A DNA stretch of 63,768 nt, filler included, from Trichomonas gallinae (Eukaryota), in NCBI GenBank assembly GCA_008369845.1. It is 7 parts of 7 records of this genome, joined end to end, with 100 filler letters (N's around TTAATTAATTAA, not from the genome) between each part and the next. Parts side by side here need not be neighbours in the genome. Positions count along the whole stretch, not along the records: positions 1 to 14,584 come from MRSU01000744.1; 6 more parts are not named here. One strand, written 5' to 3'. Position 1 is the stretch's first letter, and every line of letters begins with the position of its first letter. The notes beneath the pieces were generated by a model. It had not been told where the DNA came from. It made no database searches and saw only the letters and a list, made by a program, of their open reading frames with translations. The translations under genes were made by a program, and so were the position numbers. Shown piece by piece: positions 1 through 8,201 of the stretch.

Positions 1-610
1 AAAAAAAAAAAAAAAAAAAAAAAAAACGAAGTCGTCAAAAAAAATTGAATACAAAGAGATAGCATTGTATACTCTAATGCCATAAACAGATCATTTTTCA
101 TTGTTTAATTGAATTATCTCTGATCTGATTCATAAACTTAAAAAAATAAAAAATTCAGTTTTGATGGATTTTTATATTGAAAGATCCGACTTTTTTTTTT
201 TAGTCAAATATAAATTTATTGAACATTATGTTGAACTTTATAAGCATATTTTATCATAACTATGATCATGTTATGATAATTATAATGCGCGCATTTATTA
301 AACTCAAATACAGAACCCTTTTCAAAATTGCAAATGCATCAAAATTCAATTCCTAGGATTATGTTAAAATATTTTAATACATGTAAATTACATAAACACA
401 TCCTATTTAATTATTATACATAGAGATTTGCCATTTTTTACCAAAATTGTCTTATCAAATCTTTCAAAACTGGTTTAACAGTCCTGGGAATATGATAACA
501 TGTAGATATTGCCTATAAACAGTGGATTATGATGTTCATATAAGATATATAAGCTAGGAAACATTTTTTATACAGAGTAAATTCATATTTTTTGAAGCAT
601 CATATATATA

Positions 611-985
611 ATGAAACCAGGCAGACCTATGAAGCATACGAAGGCGAAATGGGTAACAGTTACCAACAAGCTTGAAGAAGCATTCTTCGAATTAGACGAA
701 AAAGGCTCTTTAATTGAGCGTTGCAATTATTCAAAAAGGAAAGTGCCATATTTGCATCACATTAGAAAGAGACAAGACTTGCCTGAATACAAAGTTAATA
801 CACGTGATCTATTGCTGCAAGAAGACTTCAATATAGACATTGTTTGTGAAAATTATGAAGCTCCTAGTGAAATGAACCATGAATTGGCTGTGCAATACAA
901 TGAGATGGACCATTATTTAGGAGATGATACTAATATGGATCATCAAATTCCATACTATAGCGTTCCTTATTTTATTGATTTATAG
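611..985 (+). CDS. Hypothetical protein, 124 aa
   Basis: ATG-started ORF in otherwise very AT-rich DNA. Inr-like TCATAT lies about 25 nt upstream. Basic N-half, acidic C-half, no domain I can name. Confidence 0.65.
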   Translation: MKPGRPMKHTKAKWVTVTNKLEEAFFELDEKGSLIERCNYSKRKVPYLHHIRKRQDLPEYKVNTRDLLLQEDFNIDIVCENYEAPSEMNHELAVQYNEMDHYLGDDTNMDHQIPYYSVPYFIDL

Positions 986-1305
986 TGCCTAACTTATTAT
1001 TTAACTTTCAACACATTGTTAATATTCTCTATATCAAGATAAATAACATTTCATATTCATTTTGATCATCAGACAACTATTGAAAATTACTTTTAAAAAA
1101 ATCTCATATTTTTATGCTTTTAATTATGTGATTTATATTATACATGTGAATTTATATATAGATATTATAATTATTTTAGTAATATCATTATATTTATTTC
1201 ATGAATAATTTTTTTGAGTAACAGCTAAAATTCGAATGGAAAACTAATTTCATGTTAAAAATTAATAAATTTTATCTATAAAACAAACATCATGATGAAA
1301 TTGAA

Positions 1306-3486
1306 TTAAAAATTCAGAAGTCCTTTTCTTGTTATTGTCTTTGGAGAGCTGGATACATCAGGAAGCTCAGGTAAATCATCATATTCACCAGGATCAAACA
1401 GATCAGAGTCGGCATCTTCCCACTGTTGAGTTGGTTTATGTTTCTGCGGTGAATTTTGGACGGGAGGATTATCATTTGGTTTCCAGGACACACCAGCACC
1501 CCTTGGTCCAGGAGATGTGACTGATGAGTTGAGGGATGATGAAGCTAGAGCGTGAACAAATTGGCGCTTCGTGATTCCTTCTGGCTTAGGAATTACGTCG
1601 TTATAAACTTTTTCTGTTTTAGTTTGTGTTGCTTGGAATTGGTCGCTTTCTTGATCTTGCTGTGGATCAGTTGAGTACATCTGGTTCTCATAGTATTTAT
1701 CATCATCAGGGTTATATGTATTCTCATAATATTTGTCGTCATCGGGGTTGTATGTGTTATCGTAGTATTTGTCGTATTCAGGATTATATGTTTCGTTGTA
1801 TTGATCATTGTAAAACTCATCGTAGTTCTGGTAGTCTCCATTATAGTTCTGCTCGTCTTCATAGAACTGCTCCTCCTCGAGATAGTCCTGGTCGTTGTAC
1901 TGGTTGTTGTTATTCTGGTCTAACGTTACTTCGCCTGTCTCTGAGAAGTTGCGAACTCTGCCTTTATACGATGGCTCGCTCGATTCATCCTCGTAATACG
2001 GAATGTTAGGAGGAGGAACTGTTGTTGTTCCTGTGACGACTCCTGTGCCACTGAATGAATCCTGGTGCTCAGAATCAATCGAAAATCCAGCTGGGAACTT
2101 TTCTTCATCCATAGAATCGGAGTGGCGAATTCTTTGCGCTGGAGTATTATGGAATTCCTCGAATTCGATGTCTTCGTCATTTTCCTGTTTGTTTGGATGA
2201 GCTGATGAAGGAGCCTCGTCGTTTGTTGGTTTGTCCATATCTGGCTCAGACAAAAAGTTGTCTTCGCTGACATTCTTTTTGAGTGGCTGCTTGTTTGTTG
2301 TGACTATGACTGCTGCTGGCTTCGGTTTTGTTTCCGTGACTTTTGGTTTTTCGGGAACTTTTTCGATTTTTTGCGGAGATTTTTCGACTTTTTGTGGTGA
2401 TTTTTCGATTTTCTCTGGCTGTTTTTCAACGACTGGCTGCTGCAGTGGCTTCTCTACAATTGGCTGTGGCTGCTCTTTTGGTTTTTGTTCGTTCTGTTGT
2501 TGCTGTTTTTTAGGCTCACTTTTTGCATTATCACGAAGTTTGACATCGAATTTTGAGTTTGATGTTTCGATGTGGAAATCGCTTCCTGATGACGTTTCGA
2601 AGATCTGTTGGTCGAAAGGCACTTTATTGATTTTGGTTTGCTTGTTTTCTTGCTTTGGTTTGTCTTGTTTGTTCGATGTTTTTTGTTGGGAAGGTCTGAT
2701 TGTTACAACATGATCCAATGGATCTGTTTCTTCGCTCTTCTTCCTTGAAGGCGGCTCTGAATCAGACTTGGACTCCTTCTTTTGCTTTTGCGCCATGATT
2801 TGCGTGGTTGATGTAAGGTTGTCGAGTGTTAATGTTGACTTTAAGTCGTCTATTTTCCTCTTGAAGCCTAAAAGTTGTTTTGTTGTCTTTTTTTGCTGAT
2901 CTGTAAGTAATCTGATTGCTTCCTGGATTTCACTCGGTATTGATGAGTTCTGCTGCGGCTGCATCGCCATTGAAATCGTCGAGAAAACTTGATCTTCATT
3001 CTGATGTGGAGTTCTCAGGTTTTGCCATATAATTGCTGCACTTGGATGCCTGTGGAACATGTGGGTATCAAGTCTTGACAATGATGGAACGTTTTTAAGG
3101 CAAATTGGGCATTTTTGTGAATTCGATTTTTTCTTATTTGATTCATTTTTGAGTACGTCATTTGTCTTTGTAAGTTTTTTAACCGCATTTTTCAATCTCG
3201 ATATTGTTTGTTTGTCATTTTCCATAATAACTTGCAAAATCGAAAATAATTTTTGAATTTCAGCTTGATTTTGATTGTAAAATGTTGTTGAATCGAGAAA
3301 TTCTTCCTGAATACGTTGCATCGATTGTTTATCTTTGTTTAGTATTAATGTTTTTGCATCAATATTTGCAATTGTTGACCAGTTGAATCCATTAATGTCA
3401 GCGATGCCGCTACTGGCTGGAGGCGGCGGCTGGACAATCGTAATTGTCGGCGGATGACTCTGTGGCCAAATAAATCTCGATTGCAT
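1306..3486 (-). CDS. DZIP1/Iguana-like basal-body protein (Dzip-like N domain, coiled coil, C2H2 zinc finger, long low-complexity tail)
   Basis: FNWSTIANIDAKTLI...KLFSILQVIMEN resembles the Dzip-like N-terminal domain. It is followed by a coiled coil and CPICLKNVPSLSRLDTHMFHRH (C2H2), the DZIP1 domain order. Confidence 0.75.
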   Translation of the reverse strand: MQSRFIWPQSHPPTITIVQPPPPASSGIADINGFNWSTIANIDAKTLILNKDKQSMQRIQEEFLDSTTFYNQNQAEIQKLFSILQVIMENDKQTISRLKNAVKKLTKTNDVLKNESNKKKSNSQKCPICLKNVPSLSRLDTHMFHRHPSAAIIWQNLRTPHQNEDQVFSTISMAMQPQQNSSIPSEIQEAIRLLTDQQKKTTKQLLGFKRKIDDLKSTLTLDNLTSTTQIMAQKQKKESKSDSEPPSRKKSEETDPLDHVVTIRPSQQKTSNKQDKPKQENKQTKINKVPFDQQIFETSSGSDFHIETSNSKFDVKLRDNAKSEPKKQQQQNEQKPKEQPQPIVEKPLQQPVVEKQPEKIEKSPQKVEKSPQKIEKVPEKPKVTETKPKPAAVIVTTNKQPLKKNVSEDNFLSEPDMDKPTNDEAPSSAHPNKQENDEDIEFEEFHNTPAQRIRHSDSMDEEKFPAGFSIDSEHQDSFSGTGVVTGTTTVPPPNIPYYEDESSEPSYKGRVRNFSETGEVTLDQNNNNQYNDQDYLEEEQFYEDEQNYNGDYQNYDEFYNDQYNETYNPEYDKYYDNTYNPDDDKYYENTYNPDDDKYYENQMYSTDPQQDQESDQFQATQTKTEKVYNDVIPKPEGITKRQFVHALASSSLNSSVTSPGPRGAGVSWKPNDNPPVQNSPQKHKPTQQWEDADSDLFDPGEYDDLPELPDVSSSPKTITRKGLLNF
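1686..1792. repeat. Intragenic 36-bp tandem repeat x3 encoding TYNP(D/E)(D/Y)DKYY(E/D)N
   Basis: Visible in both DNA and translation. Coordinates are approximate. Confidence 0.85.
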
Positions 3487-3736
3487 TTCTTTTTTTATAA
3501 AAAATAAAACGTTATCTTGTTTTATAATGTTTTTATTGATAAATATCAGATATTCATTGTAAAAGCTACAAATTTGTCGCTAAAATTAGTCATAATTCCG
3601 AAATTATTAATTCCAGATAAAAATATTTTCGTTTTCAATTCATATAATACACACATTCCATATATACTAGTTCTAAATATAAATACTTTTTGATCCAAAT
3701 TAACATTTACAAACAAATTTTAAATAAGATTAAAAA

Positions 3737-4052
3737 TTAAAGATTTTCTGGTATATCCTTCATTGCATCATATACAATTACTGAGCATATCTTGTGGATG
3801 GCTTCATCGAGCGTTATTTTGAACAAATATTAAAGTAAAACATTTAATTAATTAGAGATTTTCTGTAATATCTTTCATTGTATCACGTAAAATTATTGAG
3901 TATATCTCGTATATGGCTTCATTAAACTCTTCTTCAAACAAATAATAAATCATATCAAATATTAGAGATTTTCTGTAATGTCTTTCATTGCATCATATAC
4001 AATGATTGAACATATTTCTAAAATTGTTTCATCAAACGCTTCTTCAAACGAA
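3737..4052. repeat. Three diverged tandem copies (110-115 bp spacing) of the last ~29 codons plus stop of the 3962-5776 gene
   Basis: TTA(G/A)AGATTTTCTG..TC(T/C)TTCATTG recurs at 3737, 3852 and 3962. Minus-strand translations all end ...MKDI(T/P)ENL*. Confidence 0.92.
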
Positions 4053-5776
4053 TCAATATTTTGTAGGTGAGAACTAAATGATTTATATTCCCATTCCGAT
4101 GAATCATTGAGAATTGATGTAGAATTTTTGGATATTCTTTGCCTGCGCGGTGAAATTTGTGCATATGTTGGGATTGGAGAAGAATTTTCTATTTTTTCGC
4201 CTTCAACAACAAAACTCGGTTCAATTTCACTGTCTGATATTTCTTCATCATCTGCATCACTTTGTTTTGCAATAGATACAAAACATCTGGATTTTGGAGT
4301 CAAATTTCTTGAAATGTTTACTGATGATCCAGATTGATATCCAGGAGGATAGTTATATATGTTTATTATCATGTTTGGGTTATCAACTTTAACAGTTTTG
4401 AAATTTGAATCCAAATCAACATCAATTTGCGAGTTATCATGAGAATGAGCTGATTTACCGTTTTGCATACTTATATCATGTAGTGAATCATTATCTTTTT
4501 GAATAGATTGGTTTTTCAAATCTATTGGATTTTGATTTTCAAAAATTATGGTTGATTCTTTATGTATTTCAAGTTCTTTTGGATTTTTATGAACATTTTC
4601 ATCTAATATATCAACAGACTCTGCTTTATGCATCGAATAATTTTTAACATCGAGCTGTGGCCTAGAAAATGATTTTACATCCGATTTAGATAATTCAACT
4701 CTATTTTGCAATGCAGATCTGGCTTGATTGTCAAGATTTTTTGAATCAATATTTTTTTCTGGATACTGATTGTTGTGGTGAATGTCGACTCTTAATTTTC
4801 GTGCTTTTAGTCTATCCATTATCTTTGATTTCTCTGAAAACTTTGATTGAGAATATTTCATTTGATTTATTTTTTGAAGCCAGATAGCTTTACAAGACCA
4901 TCGAATCCAGCGAACTCTGTTTGTGCTTTTGACTCTCTGCTGCTTTAATGCTGATATTTTCGATGATAAAAGACTCTTAAATATTGCAAGTTTGTATAAT
5001 TGTGGCAATGGAAGCCAAAAAGTGACTTCAAATTCACTTCTTATGTCTAGTAATGCATTATGCATGTTCTGCTGTTTGCTTATGTTTGTAGATAAAGAAA
5101 TCCATTTATTTTGAAGATATATTCTATTAAAAGTCTGTTTTTGAGTCATTTGTACGTATTTTCTTACAAATCTATGTAGTTTGTACTTGTAAAACATTCT
5201 ATTATAAGCAGATGTTCTAAATCTGGAGATTAACGAATCATTAAAACGAATCCAGTTCGATAACAGCTGTGCTTTCTTGAAATTTGAAGATTGTGCATCA
5301 TTTCTCAGGCGATTCATGATGGTAGATGTAAAAATAAACCAATTTTTAATCGATTTGATTTGATGATACTTTGAAATCGATGTGATTTTTTTCGCTAAAT
5401 AGATCCATTGGGACCTAACTGTATGGATATAACGCGCATTTGTTAATTTTTTCTGTACGATTTCAAATTTTGGAATGTAATTTTTGTAATTAAGCTTTTT
5501 AGCAAATTTTATCCATTGATTACGAATTGAATTTCTATTATTCTTAGAATTTAATTGTTCTTTTGTTCTTTTATCCCAAATCAAAAAATAGGTTTTTAAT
5601 TTCTTTTGCATTATGTATGAAGATAGTTGCAAAATATGTGATGAACATTCCAGAATTGTCTGCTGCTTCTTTTTAACAGCTGAATCGCAAAGATATTTCC
5701 AAAGCTGTTTATATTTTGTCTTTCTTTGCCTTATATCTTCTGCTATTTCGTGTATTTCAGAGTCTTCATTCTTCAT
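3962..5776 (-). CDS. Basic helical protein with periodic Trp motifs (Sfi1-like centrin-binding repeat candidate), 604 aa
   Basis: The track start at 5857 is TTG; the first ATG is at 5776, with AAAGTGAC about 65 nt upstream. Recurrent motifs: LKTYFLIWDKR, IRNQWIKFAKK, VRSQWIYLAKK, LLSNWIRF, LQNKWISL. The function is inference. Confidence 0.7.
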   Translation of the reverse strand: MKNEDSEIHEIAEDIRQRKTKYKQLWKYLCDSAVKKKQQTILECSSHILQLSSYIMQKKLKTYFLIWDKRTKEQLNSKNNRNSIRNQWIKFAKKLNYKNYIPKFEIVQKKLTNARYIHTVRSQWIYLAKKITSISKYHQIKSIKNWFIFTSTIMNRLRNDAQSSNFKKAQLLSNWIRFNDSLISRFRTSAYNRMFYKYKLHRFVRKYVQMTQKQTFNRIYLQNKWISLSTNISKQQNMHNALLDIRSEFEVTFWLPLPQLYKLAIFKSLLSSKISALKQQRVKSTNRVRWIRWSCKAIWLQKINQMKYSQSKFSEKSKIMDRLKARKLRVDIHHNNQYPEKNIDSKNLDNQARSALQNRVELSKSDVKSFSRPQLDVKNYSMHKAESVDILDENVHKNPKELEIHKESTIIFENQNPIDLKNQSIQKDNDSLHDISMQNGKSAHSHDNSQIDVDLDSNFKTVKVDNPNMIINIYNYPPGYQSGSSVNISRNLTPKSRCFVSIAKQSDADDEEISDSEIEPSFVVEGEKIENSSPIPTYAQISPRRQRISKNSTSILNDSSEWEYKSFSSHLQNIDSFEEAFDETILEICSIIVYDAMKDITENL

Positions 5777-6209
5777 TTTAACTTTGTTCGAAGAATTCTT
5801 TTCACTCTGCTTTTTCGTTGGCGAAAAATATATTAATGTCACTTTTAAATATATCAAATCTGCATAATTCCATAGATACCTTATAAAAATCTTCGTAAAC
5901 TAAACATTATACTCATGTACATATAGTGATTATATGGTAGAAGTATTAAGGTTCAAACTTCGTTAAAGAGTTGAGAACTTATTAAATCTCACATCGGATA
6001 AATTGCTCTCAATATCGAAGGGTCTTCGTCAAAAAAGTGATAACAAAGACCTACTAAAATATCATAGAAAACTTAGTGTAATCGTGTCATAAAGAGAGGC
6101 TTCAGTTTGATTCATAATAGATGCTATATATAATTATAGTTGAAAAAATAAGACTTTATATTAACAAACAAAATCATTAGACTTTTAATCATCATATATG
6201 ATGGGACTT

Positions 6210-6518
6210 TTATAGGGCAGAAAGCCTTGACTTATTTTTGGGTATAGGAGATGGCACGTTGAGCGTATGAAACTCTTTTGCTTTCAGAATGCTAAGTTCT
6301 TCTTGTAATTTTTCAATTGTTTTTTGCTGAATATTTCTTTCACATCGTAGCCTTTTTATTATTATATACGATAAATAAGCAAAGCAAATTAATATTATAA
6401 AAAGAAATGAAATCAGCATTTTAAACTGATAAAACTTTCTCGATATATCATGCTCATATTGCTTCTCCACTTGGCTACGAATTAATTCTTCATAACCAGC
6501 TCCATAGTTGTATGGCAT
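6210..6518 (-). CDS. Small single-pass membrane protein with C-terminal coiled coil, 102 aa
   Basis: ATG at 6518. Hydrophobic LISFLFIILICFAYLSYIII followed by a heptad segment. Confidence 0.65.
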   Translation of the reverse strand: MPYNYGAGYEELIRSQVEKQYEHDISRKFYQFKMLISFLFIILICFAYLSYIIIKRLRCERNIQQKTIEKLQEELSILKAKEFHTLNVPSPIPKNKSRLSAL

Positions 6519-6524
6519 CAAAAA

Positions 6525-6700
6525 TATGTGCCAAATTTACACGGCATGTTTTGGGCGTTACATGGCAAAAACAATTTTTTACCAGCTTAATTTACATGAC
6601 ATATTACAGAAGTTACATGACAAAAACAAACTTTTTATTGTCAAAAATTTACATGACATATTTTATTGGTTACATGGCGAAAATAAAATTTTATTTGACA
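6525..6700. promoter_or_regulatory. Putative bidirectional promoter with about six TTACA(T/C)G(A/G)C motifs
   Basis: Spacer of about 185 bp between divergent ATGs (6518 minus, 6704 plus). Copies near 6536, 6558, 6591, 6613, 6648 and 6670. Confidence 0.5.
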
Positions 6701-6703
6701 AAA

Positions 6704-7804
6704 ATGATGTCACTTCAGATTTTGATTTTTCCTTTTTTCAGTTCCTTAGTTAATTCTCGCGAACCAAGAACATTATACATCGATCCAAGGTCCGAGGGTG
6801 ATTGTTTTAAGAAGCCATGCTCTATGTCAACTGCATCTCGTAATTTAAGAACGGCAGATACAATTCACTTCCCAGAAAATTACAAAATCTTGCCAACATC
6901 TTATCCATCCGAGTTTAGTGATTTGGTTGTACAGCTTTCATTGCACAATACAACAGTTGTTTCACACGGCACTATTGTCGATGGAAGTATGCTCGCAGGC
7001 GAGCATTGCGTTGAGCTCGTTAGCCACCCATTCTACACTTGGACAGTCTTTGTCGATTGGAAATTTATCAATTTCGAAAAACCATTATTCTTAAGAGATC
7101 AAACGTGGTCTAATTCTCCATACATAGTATTTAAGAACTGCGTATTCGAAAATTGCAACACATCAATATTCAAACTCGCTGGAGGAATGTTTATTTTCGA
7201 AAACTGCGTTTTCCAGAATATATCTGGATATCCAATCCATGGAGAGTACCATACTCATCTTGAATTCGTCGAATGCAGATTTGAGAACTGCAAGTCTCTA
7301 TTTCTCAGAAAATCTGACGCAATTTTCACAAATTGCGTCTTTAAATCAACATTTGGTGACAGAGGAGGTGCAATTTACGCTGACAGATCTACAGTGCATA
7401 TTGATCACTGCTTCTTTATCAACACGAAGGCTTCTATCAACGGAGGAGCAATTTACTTCCGCGACATCGCCAGCCAGTACGAAACAGAGATTTTGAACTC
7501 ATGCTTCGTTGGTACCTCGGCCGAGCAGAATGGAACAGCTCTTTATCTTCATAAATCAAATATCAGTATTTCAAATACATGTTTGAGAAACAAAGACGTA
7601 ATACACTCACATCAGTCAAACATTAATTCTACACGATTGGTGTATAATGATCTCTGTGAAGATTTCTTGAAATCTGAAAATGTTGAAGTTATTCCAGAGA
7701 GATTCGACCCAGAAGATACTTTCAAATTGTGGGAGCTTGATGACCTCAAAGATGGCACAACTATATCCATTGAGGATGATTATGACTTCAATATTGATAT
7801 TTAA
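6704..7804 (+). CDS. Secreted pectin-lyase-fold (right-handed beta-helix), Pmp-like protein, 366 aa
   Basis: MMSLQILIFPFFSSLVNS looks like a signal peptide. Repeated F(K/E)NCVFxN rungs and two GGAIY motifs typical of polymorphic membrane protein repeats. The track's extension from 6512 just reads through promoter repeats. Confidence 0.8.
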   Translation: MMSLQILIFPFFSSLVNSREPRTLYIDPRSEGDCFKKPCSMSTASRNLRTADTIHFPENYKILPTSYPSEFSDLVVQLSLHNTTVVSHGTIVDGSMLAGEHCVELVSHPFYTWTVFVDWKFINFEKPLFLRDQTWSNSPYIVFKNCVFENCNTSIFKLAGGMFIFENCVFQNISGYPIHGEYHTHLEFVECRFENCKSLFLRKSDAIFTNCVFKSTFGDRGGAIYADRSTVHIDHCFFINTKASINGGAIYFRDIASQYETEILNSCFVGTSAEQNGTALYLHKSNISISNTCLRNKDVIHSHQSNINSTRLVYNDLCEDFLKSENVEVIPERFDPEDTFKLWELDDLKDGTTISIEDDYDFNIDI

Positions 7805-8201
7805 TTTTCAAATTGTTCATAACTTTAAAATGACACGTGGATTTTTATTACTTCATTGTTTTTTTTTTTTTACTTGGAAAATATTTTATAAAATCATATA
7901 TTGTGGATATATGTATCAAAAAGACAATACTATGGAATTCTGTGAGCCAATAATATTGATATATCATTCTGAAAGCCATATGTAACTTATAATCTGCTGA
8001 ACATATGTAAATATTATACATGACATAATTTTTTTACATGTCAAAAATCCAAAAATCATTATGTATCAGGTATAATGGGCTCAGTCTATCTATTTTGCAT
8101 GCGAGACTTCCCCGTATGTTACAAAATAGTCGCGAAATTATTTTGAGATTAATTTACCTAACATGATTTGTTTAAAAAAATGACAATAAATAAAAGAAAT
8201 T

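Noticed and set aside
1..26. Poly(A) run at the window start, and at 42618-42661
   Set aside because: Homopolymers at contig edges with no associated retroelement features visible.
3737..4052. CRISPR-like array interpretation of this and the 51735-52205 repeats
   Set aside because: Eukaryotic DNA, whole units are homologous with no unique spacers, and there are no cas genes.
6512..6703. 64-codon N-terminal extension of the Pmp-like ORF
   Set aside because: It overlaps the start of the divergent gene and translates the repeated promoter motifs. The signal peptide begins at 6704.
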